From: Azolla caroliniana
Lineage: Eukaryota; Plantae; Polypodiophyta
Length of the DNA stretch: 50,419 bases
Direction of reading: 5' to 3'
NCBI GenBank assembly: GCA_043228905.1
Contig: JBHGNT010000221.1
Span: 1-50,419, forward strand
Position 1 is the first letter of the stretch. Every line of letters begins with the position of its first letter. The position numbers and the translations under genes are program-made. Shown here one piece after another: positions 13,390 through 26,500 of the stretch. The notes below the pieces were generated by a model. That model was given only the letters and a program-made list of their open reading frames with translations, had not been told where the DNA came from and made no database searches.

Positions 13390-14599
13390 CGATATCACAC
13401 GAGCCAGGTATGAACATTTTAATTTATCAAGGGCTCTTTTCAACTCCCTCCTCAAGTTTGCTAATTTCGTCATGTCTCTCGACCTGAGTTTCAAAATCTT
13501 GATTTTTGAATTCTATATCATACCTAGCGTTGCTAGCTTCGATTCGCATATTTGAACACAGAAATCGGATATAACACGAGCCAGGTATGAACATTTTAAT
13601 TTACTCAAGGGCTCTTCTCAACTCCCTCCTCAAGTTTGCTAATTTCTTCATATCTCCTGACCTGAGTTTCAAAATCTTGATTTTTGAATTCTATATCATA
13701 CCTAGCGTTGCTACCTTCGATTCGCATATTTGAACTTCAAAATCGGATATCACACGAGCCAGGTATGAACATTTTAATTTACTCAAGCGCTCTTCTCAAC
13801 TCCATCCTCATCTTTGCTAATTTCCTCATGTCTCTCGACCTGAGTTTCAAAATCTTGATTTTCTAATTCTATATCATACCTAGCGTTGCTAGCTTCGATT
13901 CGAATATTTGAACACAGAAATCCGATATCACACGAGCCAGCTATGAACATTTTAATTTACTCAAGGGCTCTTCTCAACTCCCTCCTCAAGTTTGCTAATT
14001 TCTTCATATCTCCTGACCTGATTTTCAAAATCTTGATTTTTTAATTCTATATCATAGCTCCCGTTGCTAGCTTCGATTTGCATATTTGAACACAGAAATC
14101 CGATATCACACGAGCCAGGTATGAACATTTTAATTTACTAGAGGGCTCTTCTCAACTCCCTCCTCAAGTTTGCAAATTTCTTCATATATCCTGACCTGAG
14201 TTTCATAATCTTGAATTTTGAATTCTATATCATAGCTAGCGTTGCTAGCTTCGATTCGCATATTTGAACACAGAAATCCGATATCACACGAGCCAGGTAT
14301 GAACATTTTAATTTACTCAAGGGCTCTTCTCAACTCCCTCCTCAAGTTTGCTAATTTCTTCATATCTCCTGACCTGAGTTTCAAAATCTTGATTTTTGAA
14401 TTCTATATCATAGCTCGCGTTGCTAGCTTCGATTCGAATATTTGAACATAAAAATCCGATATCACACGAGCCAGGTATGAACATTTTAATTTACTCAAGG
14501 GCTCTTCTCAACTCCCTCCTCAAGTTTGCTAATTTCTTCATATCTCCTGACCTGAGTTTCAAAATCTTGATTTTTGAATTCTATATCATAGCTCGCGTT

Positions 14600-17500
14600 G
14601 CTAGCTTCGATTCGAATATTTGAACTTCAAAATCCGATATCACACGAGCCAGGTATGAACATTTTAATTTACTCAAGGGCTCCTCTCAACTCCATCCTCA
14701 AGTTTGCTAATATTATTCATGTGTCTCGACCTGAGTTTCAAAATCTTGATTTTTGAATTCTATATCATAGCTAGCGTTGCTAGCTTCGATTCGAATATTT
14801 GAACACAGAAATCCGATATCACACGAGCCAGGTATGAACATTTTAATTTACTCAAGGGCTCTTCTCAACTCCCTCCTCAAGTTTGCTAATTTCTTCATAT
14901 CTCCTGACCTGAGTTTCAAAATCTTGATTTTTGAATTCTATATCATAGCTAGCGTTGCTAGCTTCGATTTGTATATTTGAACACAGAAATCGGATATCAC
15001 ACGAGCCAGGTATGAACATTTTAATTTACTCAAGGGCTCTTCTCAACTCCCTCCTCAAGTTTGCTAATTTCTTCATATCGCCTGACCTGAGTTTCAAAAT
15101 CTTGATTTTTGAATTCTATATCATAGCTAGCGTTGCTAGCTTCGATTCGCATATTTGAACTTCAAAATCGGATATCACACGAGCCATGTATGAACATTTT
15201 AATTTACTCAAGCGCTCTTCTCAACTCCATCCTCATCTTTGCTAATTTCGTCATGTCTCTCGACCTGAGTTTCAAAATCTTGACTTTTTAATTCTATATC
15301 ATAGCTAGCGTTGCTAGCTTCGATTCGCATATTTGAACACAAAAATCCGATATCACACGAGCCAGGTATGAACATTTTAATTTACTCAAGGGCTCTTCTC
15401 AACTCCCTCCTCAAGTTTGCTAGTTTCTTCATATCTCCTGACCTGAGTTTCAAAATCTTGATTTTTTAATTCTATATCATAGCTCCCGTTGCTAGCTTCG
15501 ATTTGCATATTTGAACACAGAAATCCGATATCACACGAGCCAGGTATGATCATTTTAATTTACTCAAGGGCTCTTCTCAACTCCCTCCTCAAGTTTGCAA
15601 ATTTCTTCATATATCCTGACCTGAGTTTCAAAATCTTGAATTTTGAATTCTATATCATACCTCGCGATGCTAGCTTCGTTTCGCATATTTGAACACAGAA
15701 ATCCGATATCACACGAGCCAGGTATGAACATTTTAATTTACTCAAGGGCTCTTCTCAACTCCCTCCTCATCTTTGCTAATTTCGTCATGTCTCTCGACCT
15801 GAGTTTCAAAATCTTGATTTTTGAATTCTATATCATAGCTCGCGTTGCTAGCTTCGATTCGAATATTTGAACATAAAAATCCGATATCACACGAGCCAGG
15901 TATGAACATTTTAATTTACTCAAGGGCTCTTCTCAACTCCCTCCTCAAGTTTGCTAATTTCTTCATATCTCCTGACCTGAGTTTCAAAATCTTGATTTTT
16001 GAATTCTATATCATAGCTCGCGTTGCTAGCTTCGATTCGAATATTTGAACATAAAAATCCGATATCACACGAGCCAGGTATGAACATTTTAATTTACTCA
16101 AGGGCTCCTCTCAACTCCATCCTCAAGTTTGCTAATTTCTTCATATCTCCTGACCTGAGTTTCAAAATCTTGATTTTTGAATTCTATATCATAGCTCGCG
16201 TTGCTAGCTTCGATTCGAATATTTGAACTTCAAAATCCGATATCACACGAGCCAGGTATGAACATTTTAATTTACTCAAGGGCTCCTCTCAACTCCATCC
16301 TCAAGTTTGCTAATATTATTCATGTGTCTCGACCTGAGTTTCAAAATCTTGATTTTTGAATTCTATATCATAGCTAGCGTTGCTAGCTTCGATTCGAATA
16401 TTTGAACACAGAAATCCGATATCACACGAGCCAGGTATGAACATTTTAATTTATCAAGGGCTCTTCTCAACTCCCTCCTCAAGTTTGCTAATTTCGTCAT
16501 GTCTCTCGACCTGAGTTTCAAAATCTTGATTTTTGAATTCTATATCATACCTAGCGTTGCTAGCTTCGATTCGCATATTTGAACACAGAAATCGGATATC
16601 ACACGAGCCAGGTATGAACATTTTAATTTACTCAAGGGCTCTTCTCAACTCCCTCCTCAAGTTTGCTAATTTCTTCATATCGCCTGACCTGAGTTTCAAA
16701 ATCTTGATTTTTGAATTCTATATCATAGCTAGCGTTGCTAGCTTCGATTCGCATATTTAAACTTCAAAATCGGATATCACACGAGCCATGTATGAACATT
16801 TTAATTTACTCAAGCGCTCTTCTCAACTCCATCCTCATCTTTGCTAATTTCGTCATGTCTCTCGACCTGAGTTTCAAAATCTTGACTTTTTAATTCTATA
16901 TCATAGCTAGCGTTGCTAGCTTCGATTCGCATATTTGAACACAGAAATCCGATATCACACGAGCCAGGTATGAACATTTTAATTTACTCAAGGGCTCTTC
17001 TCAACTCCCTCCTCAAGTTTGCTAATTTCGTCATGTCTCTCGACCTGAGTTTCAAAATCTTGATTTTTTAATTCTATATCATAGCTCCCGTTGCTAGCTT
17101 CGATTTGCATATTTGAACACAGAAATCCGATATCACACGAGCCAGGTATGAACATTTTAATTTACTCAAGGGCTCTTCTCAACTCCCTCCTCAAGTTTGC
17201 TAATTTCTTCATGTCTCTCGACCTGAGTTTCAAAATCTTGATTTTTGAATTCTATATCATACCTAGCGTTGCTAGCTTCGATTCGCATATTTGAACACAG
17301 AAATCGGATATCACACGAGCCAGGTATGAACATTTTAATTTACTCAAGGGCTCTTCTCAACTCCCTCCTCATCTTTGCTAATTTCGTCATGTCTCTCGAC
17401 CTGAGTTTCAAAATCTTGATTTTTGAATTCTATATCATAGCTCGCGTTGCTAGCTTCGATTCGAATATTTGAACATAAAAATCCGATATCACACGTGCCA

Positions 17501-20500
17501 GGTATGAACATTTTAATTTACTTAAGGGCTCTTCTCAACTCCCTCCTCAAGTTTGCTAATTTCTTCATATCTCCTGACCTGAGTTTCAAAATCTTGATTT
17601 TTGAATTCTATAGCATAGCTCGCGTTGCTAGCTTCCATTCGAATATTTGAACACAGAAATCCGATATCACACGAGCCAGGTATGAACCTTTTAATTTACT
17701 CAAGGGCTCTTCTCAACTCCCTCCTCAAGTTTGCTAATTTCTTCATATCTCCTGACCTGAGTTTCAAAATCTTGATTTTGGAATTCTATATCATAGCTAG
17801 CGTTGCTACCTTCGATTCGCATATTTGAACACAGAAATCCGATATCACACGAGCCAGGTATGAACATTTTAATTTACTCAAGGGCTCTTCTCAACTCCCT
17901 CCTCAAGTTTGCTAATTTCTTCATATATCCTGACCTGAGTTTCAAAATCTTGATTTTTGAATTCTATATCATAGCTCGAGTTGCTAGCTTCGATTCGAAT
18001 ATTTGAACTTCAAAATCCGATATCACACGAGCCAGGTATGAACATTTTAATTTACTCAAGCGCTCTTCTCAACTCCCTTCCTCATCTTTGCTAATTTCGT
18101 CATGTCTCTCGACCTGAGTTTCAAAATCTTGATTTTTGAATTCTATATCATAGCTCGCGTTGCTAGCTTCGATTCGAATATTTGAACATAAAAATCCGAT
18201 ATCACACGTGCCAGGTATGAACATTTTAATTTACTTAAGGGCTCTTCTCAACTCCCTCCTCAAGTTTGCTAATTTCTTCATATCTCCTGACCTGAGTTTC
18301 AAAATCTTGATTTTTGAATTCTATAGCATAGCTCGCGTTGCTAGCTTCCATTCGAATATTTGAACACAGAAATCCGATATCACACGAGCCAGGTATGAAC
18401 CTTTTAATTTACTCAAGGGCTCTTCTCAACTCCCTCCTCAAGTTTGCTAATTTCGTCATGTCTCTCGACCTGAGTTTCAAAATCTTGATTTTTGAATTCT
18501 ATATCATACCTAGCGTTGCTAGCTTCGATTCGCATATTTGAACACAGAAATCCGATATCACACGAGCCAGGTATGAACATTTTAATTTACTCAAGGGCTC
18601 TTCTCAACTCCCTCCTCAAGTTTGCTAATTTCTTCATATCTCCTGACCTGAGTTTCAAAATCTTGATTTTTGAATTCTATATCATAGCTCGCGTTGCTAG
18701 CTTCGATTCGAATATTTGAACTTCAAAATCCGATATCACACGAGCCAGGTATGAACATTTTAATTTACTCAAGGGCTCCTCTCAACTCCATCCTCAAGTT
18801 TGCTAATATTATTCATGTGTCTCGACCTGAGTTTCAAAATCTTGATTTTTGAATTCTATATCATAGCTAGCGTTGCTAGCTTCGATTCGAATATTTGAAC
18901 ACAGAAATCCGATATCACACGAGCCAGGTATGAACATTTTAATTTACTCAAGGGCTCTTCTCAACTCCCTCCTCAAGTTTGCTAATTTCTTCATATCTCC
19001 TGACCTGAGTTTCAAAATCTTGATTTTTGAATTCTATATCATAGCTAGCGTTGCTAGCTTCGATTTGTATATTTGAACACAGAAATCGGATATCACACGA
19101 GCCAGGTATGAACATTTTAATTTACTCAAGGGCTCTTCTCAACTCCCTCCTCAAGTTTGCTAATTTCTTCATATCGCCTGACCTGAGTTTCAAAATCTTG
19201 ATTTTTGAATTCTATATCATAGCTAGCGTTGCTAGCTTCGATTCGCATATTTGAACTTCAAAATCGGATATCACACGAGCCATGTATGAACATTTTAATT
19301 TACTCAAGCGCTCTTCTCAACTCCATCCTCATCTTTGCTAATTTCGTCATGTCTCTCGACCTGAGTTTCAAAATCTTGACTTTTTAATTCTATATCATAG
19401 CTAGCGTTGCTAGCTTCGATTCGCATATTTGAACACAGAAATCCGATATCACACGAGCCAGGTATGAACATTTTAATTTACTCAAGGGCTCTTCTCAACT
19501 CCCTCCTCAAGTTTGCTAATTTCGTCATGTCTCTCGACCTGAGTTTCAAAATCTTGATTTTTTAATTCTATATCATAGCTCCCGTTGCTAGCTTCGATTT
19601 GCATATTTGAACACAGAAATCCGATATCACACGAGCCAGGTATGAACATTTTAATTTACTCAAGGGCTCTTCTCAACTCCCTCCTCAAGTTTGCTAATTT
19701 CTTCATGTCTCTCGACCTGAGTTTCAAAATCTTGATTTTTGAATTCTATATCATACCTAGCGTTGCTAGCTTCGATTCGCATATTTGAACACAGAAATCG
19801 GATATCACACGAGCCAGGTATGAACATTTTAATTTACTCAAGGGCTCTTCTCAACTCCCTCCTCATCTTTGCTAATTTCGTCATGTCTCTCGACCTGAGT
19901 TTCAAAATCTTGATTTTTGAATTCTATATCATAGCTCGCGTTGCTAGCTTCGATTCGAATATTTGAACATAAAAATCCGATATCACACGTGCCAGGTATG
20001 AACATTTTAATTTACTTAAGGGCTCTTCTCAACTCCCTCCTCAAGTTTGCTAATTTCTTCATATCTCCTGACCTGAGTTTCAAAATCTTAATTTTTGAAT
20101 TCTATAGCATAGCTCGCGTTGCTAGCTTCCATTCGAATATTTGAACACAGAAATCCGATATCACACGAGCCAGGTATGAACCTTTTAATTTACTCAAGGG
20201 CTCTTCTCAACTCCCTCCTCAAGTTTGCTAATTTCTTCATATCTCCTGACCTGAGTTTCAAAATCTTGATTTTTGAATTCTATATCATAGCTAGCGTTGC
20301 TACCTTCGATTCGCATATTTGAACACAGAAATCCGATATCACACGAGCCAGGTATGAACATTTTAATTTACTCAAGGGCTCTTCTCAACTCCCTCCTCAA
20401 GTTTGCTAATTTCTTCATATATCCTGACCTGAGTTTCAAAATCTTGATTTTTGAATTCTATATCATAGCTCGAGTTGCTAGCTTCGATTCGAATATTTGA

Positions 20501-23500
20501 ACTTCAAAATCCGATATCACACGAGCCAGGTATGAACATTTTAATTTACTCAAGCGCTCTTCTCAACTCCCTTCCTCATCTTTGCTAATTTCGTCATGTC
20601 TCTCGACCTGAGTTTCAAAATCTTGATTTTTGAATTCTATATCATAGCTCGCGTTGCTAGCTTCGATTCGAATATTTGAACATAAAAATCCGATATCACA
20701 CGTGCCAGGTATGAACATTTTAATTTACTTAAGGGCTCTTCTCAACTCCCTCCTCAAGTTTGCTAATTTCTTCATATCTCCTGACCTGAGTTTCAAAATC
20801 TTGATTTTTGAATTCTATAGCATAGCTCGCGTTGCTAGCTTCCATTCGAATATTTGAACACAGAAATCCAATATCACACGAGCCAGGTATGAACCTTTTA
20901 ATTTACTCAAGGGCTCTTCTCAACTCCCTCCTCAAGTTTGCTAATTTCGTCATGTCTCTCGACCTGAGTTTCAAAATCTTGATTTTTGAATTCTATATCA
21001 TACCTAGCGTTGCTAGCTTCGATTCGCATATTTGAACACAGAAATCCGATATCACACGAGCCAGGTATGAACATTTTAATTTACTCAAGGGCTCTTCTCA
21101 ACTCCCTCCTCAAGTTTGCTAATTTCTTCATATCTCCTGACCTGAGTTTCAAAATCTTGATTTTTGAATTCTATATCATAGCTCGCGTTGCTAGCTTCGA
21201 TTCGAATATTTGAACTTCAAAATCCGATATCACACGAGCCAGGTATGAACATTTTAATTTACTCAAGGGCTCCTCTCAACTCCATCCTCAAGTTTGCTAA
21301 TATTATTCATGTGTCTCGACCTGAGTTTCAAAATCTTGATTTTTGAATTCTATATCATAGCTAGCGTTGCTAGCTTCGATTCGAATATTTGAACACAGAA
21401 ATCCGATATCACACGAGCCAGGTATGAACATTTTAATTTACTCAAGGGCTCTTCTCAACTCCCTCCTCAAGTTTGCTAATTTCTTCATATCTCCTGACCT
21501 GAGTTTCAAAATCTTGATTTTTGAATTCTATATCATAGCTAGCGTTGCTAGCTTCGATTTGTATATTTGAACACAGAAATCGGATATCACACGAGCCAGG
21601 TATGAACATTTTAATTTACTCAAGGGCTCTTCTCAACTCCCTCCTCAAGTTTGCTAATTTCTTCATATCGCCTGACCTGAGTTTCAAAATCTTGATTTTT
21701 GAATTCTATATCATAGCTAGCGTTGCTAGCTTCGATTCGCATATTTGAACTTCAAAATCGGATATCACACGAGCCATGTATGAACATTTTAATTTACTCA
21801 AGCGCTCTTCTCAACTCCATCCTCATCTTTGCTAATTTCGTCATGTCTCTCGACCTGAGTTTCAAAATCTTGACTTTTTAATTCTATATCATAGCTAGCG
21901 TTGCTAGCTTCGATTCGCATATTTGAACACAAAAATCCGATATCACACGAGCCAGGTATGAACATTTTAATTTACTCAAGGGCTCTTCTCAACTCCCTCC
22001 TCAAGTTTGCTAGTTTCTTCATATCTCCTGACCTGAGTTTCAAAATCTTGATTTTTTAATTCTATATCATAGCTCCCGTTGCTAGCTTCGATTTGCATAT
22101 TTGAACACAGAAATCCGATATCACACGAGCCAGGTATGATCATTTTAATTTACTCAAGGGCTCTTCTCAACTCCCTCCTCAAGTTTGCAAATTTCTTCAT
22201 ATATCCTGACCTGAGTTTCAAAATCTTGAATTTTGAATTCTATATCATACCTCGCGATGCTAGCTTCGTTTCGCATATTTGAACACAGAAATCCGATATC
22301 ACACGAGCCAGGTATGAACATTTTAATTTACTCAAGGGCTCTTCTCAACTCCCTCCTCATCTTTGCTAATTTCGTCATGTCTCTCGACCTGAGTTTCAAA
22401 ATCTTGATTTTTGAATTCTATATCATAGCTCGCGTTGCTAGCTTCGATTCGAATATTTGAACATAAAAATCCGATATCACACGAGCCAGGTATGAACATT
22501 TTAATTTACTCAAGGGCTCTTCTCAACTCCCTCCTCAAGTTTGCTCATTTCTTCATATCTCCTGACCTGAGTTTCAAAATCTTGATTTTTGAATTCTATA
22601 TCATAGCTCGCGTTGCTAGCTTCGATTCGAATATTTGAACATAAAAATCCGATATCACACGAGCCAGGTATGAACATTTTAATTTACTCAAGGGCTCTTC
22701 TCAACTCCCTCCTCAAGTTTGCTAATTTCTTCATATCTCCTGACCTGAGTTTCAAAATCTTGATTTTTGAATTCTATATCATAGCTCGCGTTGCTAGCTT
22801 CGATTCGAATATCTGAACTTCAAAATCCGATATCACACGAGCCAGGTATGAACATTTTAATTTACTCAAGGGCTCCTCTCAACTCCATCCTCAAGTTTGC
22901 TAATATTATTCATGTGTCTCGACCTGAGTTTCAAAATCTTGATTTTTGAATTCTATATCATAGCTAGCGTTGCTAGCTTCGATTCGAATATTTGAACACA
23001 GAAATCCGATATCACACGAGCCAGGTATGAACATTTTAATTTATCAAGGGCTCTTCTCAACTCCCTCCTCAAGTTTGCTAATTTCGTCATGTCTCTCGAC
23101 CTGAGTTTCAAAATCTTGATTTTTGAATTCTATATCATACCTAGCGTTGCTAGCTTCGATTCGCATATTTGAACACAGAAATCGGATATCACACGAGCCA
23201 AGTATGAACATTTTAATTTACTCAAGGGCTCTTCTCAACTCCCTCCTCAAGTTTGCTAATTTCTTCATATCGCCTGACCTGAGTTTCAAAATCTTGATTT
23301 TTGAATTCTATATCATAGCTAGCGTTGCTAGCTTCGATTCGCATATTTAAACTTCAAAATCGGATATCACACGAGCCATGTATGAACATTTTAATTTACT
23401 CAAGCGCTCTTCTCAACTCCATCCTCATCTTTGCTAATTTCGTCATGTCTCTCGACCTGAGTTTCAAAATCTTGACTTTTTAATTCTATATCATAGCTAG

Positions 23501-26500
23501 CGTTGCTAGCTTCGATTCGCATATTTGAACACAGAAATCCGATATCACACGAGCCAGGTATGAACATTTTAATTTACTCAAGGGCTCTTCTCAACTCCCT
23601 CCTCAAGTTTGCTAATTTCGTCATGTCTCTCGACCTGAGTTTCAAAATCTTGATTTTTTAATTCTATATCATAGCTCCCGTTGCTAGCTTCGATTTGCAT
23701 ATTTGAACACAGAAATCCGATATCACACGAGCCAGGTATGAACATTTTAATTTACTCAAGGGCTCTTCTCAACTCCCTCCTCAAGTTTGCTAATTTCTTC
23801 ATGTCTCTCGACCTGAGTTTCAAAATCTTGATTTTTGAATTCTATATCATACCTAGCGTTGCTAGCTTCGATTCGCATATTTGAACACAGAAATCGGATA
23901 TCACACGAGCCAGGTATGAACATTTTAATTTACTCAAGGGCTCTTCTCAACTCCCTCCTCATCTTTGCTAATTTCGTCATGTCTCTCGACCTGAGTTTCA
24001 AAATCTTGATTTTTGAATTCTATATCATAGCTCGCGTTGCTAGCTTCGATTCGAATATTTGAACATAAAAATCCGATATCACACGTGCCAGGTATGAACA
24101 TTTTAATTTACTTAAGGGCTCTTCTCAACTCCCTCCTCAAGTTTGCTAATTTCTTCATATCTCCTGACCTGAGTTTCAAAATCTTGATTTTTGAATTCTA
24201 TAGCATAGCTCGCGTTGCTAGCTTCCATTCGAATATTTGAACACAGAAATCCGATATCACACGAGCCAGGTATGAACCTTTTAATTTACTCAAGGGCTCT
24301 TCTCAACTCCCTCCTCAAGTTTGCTAATTTCGTCATGTCTCTCGACCTGAGTTTCAAAATCTTGATTTTTGAATTCTATATCATAGCTAGCGTTGCTACC
24401 TTCGATTCGCATATTTGAACACAGAAATCCGATATCACACGAGCCAGGTATGAACATTTTAATTTACTCAAGGGCTCTTCTCAACTCCCTCCTCAAGTTT
24501 GCTAATTTCTTCATATCTCCTGACCTGAGTTTCAAAATCTTGATTTTTGAATTCTATATCATAGCTCGAGTTGCTAGCTTCGATTCGAATATTTGAACTT
24601 CAAAATCCGATATCACACGAGCCAGGTATGAACATTTTAATTTACTCAAGGGCTCCTCTCAACTCCATCCTCAAGTTTGCTAATATTATTCATGTGTCTC
24701 GACCTGAGTTTCAAAATCTTGATTTTTGAATTCTATATCATAGCTAGCGTTGCTAGCTTCGATTCGAATATTTGAACACAGAAATCCGATATCACACGAG
24801 CCAGGTATGAACATTTTAATTTACTCAAGGGCTCTTCTCAACTCCCTCCTCAAGTTTGCTAATTTCTTCATATCTCCTGACCTGAGTTTCAAAATCTTGA
24901 TTTTTGAATTCTATATCATAGCTAGCGTTGCTAGCTTCGATTTGTATATTTGAACACAGAAATCGGATATCACACGAGCCAGGTATGAACATTTTAATTT
25001 ACTCAAGGGCTCTTCTCAACTCCCTCCTCAAGTTTGCTAATTTCTTCATATCGCCTGACCTGAGTTTCAAAATCTTGATTTTTGAATTCTATATCATAGC
25101 TAGCGTTGCTAGCTTCGATTCGCATATTTGAACTTCAAAATCGGATATCACACGAGCCATGTATGAACATTTTAATTTACTCAAGCGCTCTTCTCAACTC
25201 CATCCTCATCTTTGCTAATTTCGTCATGTCTCTCGACCTGAGTTTCAAAATCTTGACTTTTTAATTCTATATCATAGCTAGCGTTGCTAGCTTCGATTCG
25301 CATATTTGAACACAAAAATCCGATATCACACGAGCCAGGTATGAACATTTTAATTTACTCAAGGGCTCTTCTCAACTCCCTCCTCAAGTTTGCTAGTTTC
25401 TTCATATCTCCTGACCTGAGTTTCAAAATCTTGATTTTTTAATTCTATATCATAGCTCCCGTTGCTAGCTTCGATTTGCATATTTGAACACAGAAATCCG
25501 ATATCACACGAGCCAGGTATGATCATTTTAATTTACTCAAGGGCTCTTCTCAACTCCCTCCTCAAGTTTGCAAATTTCTTCATATATCCTGACCTGAGTT
25601 TCAAAATCTTGAATTTTGAATTCTATATCATACCTCGCGATGCTAGCTTCGTTTCGCATATTTGAACACAGAAATCCGATATCACACGAGCCAGGTATGA
25701 ACATTTTAATTTACTCAAGGGCTCTTCTCAACTCCCTCCTCATCTTTGCTAATTTCGTCATGTCTCTCGACCTGAGTTTCAAAATCTTGATTTTTGAATT
25801 CTATATCATAGCTCGCGTTGCTAGCTTCGATTCGAATATTTGAACATAAAAATCCGATATCACACGAGCCAGGTATGAACATTTTAATTTACTCAAGGGC
25901 TCTTCTCAACTCCCTCCTCAAGTTTGCTCATTTCTTCATATCTCCTGACCTGAGTTTCAAAATCTTGATTTTTGAATTCTATATCATAGCTCGCGTTGCT
26001 AGCTTCGATTCGAATATTTGAACATAAAAATCCGATATCACACGAGCCAGGTATGAACATTTTAATTTACTCAAGGGCTCTTCTCAACTCCCTCCTCAAG
26101 TTTGCTAATTTCTTCATATCTCCTGACCTGAGTTTCAAAATCTTGATTTTTGAATTCTATATCATAGCTCGCGTTGCTAGCTTCGATTCGAATATCTGAA
26201 CTTCAAAATCCGATATCACACGAGCCAGGTATGAACATTTTAATTTACTCAAGGGCTCCTCTCAACTCCATCCTCAAGTTTGCTAATATTATTCATGTGT
26301 CTCGACCTGAGTTTCAAAATCTTGATTTTTGAATTCTATATCATAGCTAGCGTTGCTAGCTTCGATTCGAATATTTGAACACAGAAATCCGATATCACAC
26401 GAGCCAGGTATGAACATTTTAATTTATCAAGCGCTCTTCTCAACTCCCTCCTCAAGTTTGCTAATTTCGTCATGTCTCTCGACCTGAGTTTCAAAATCTT

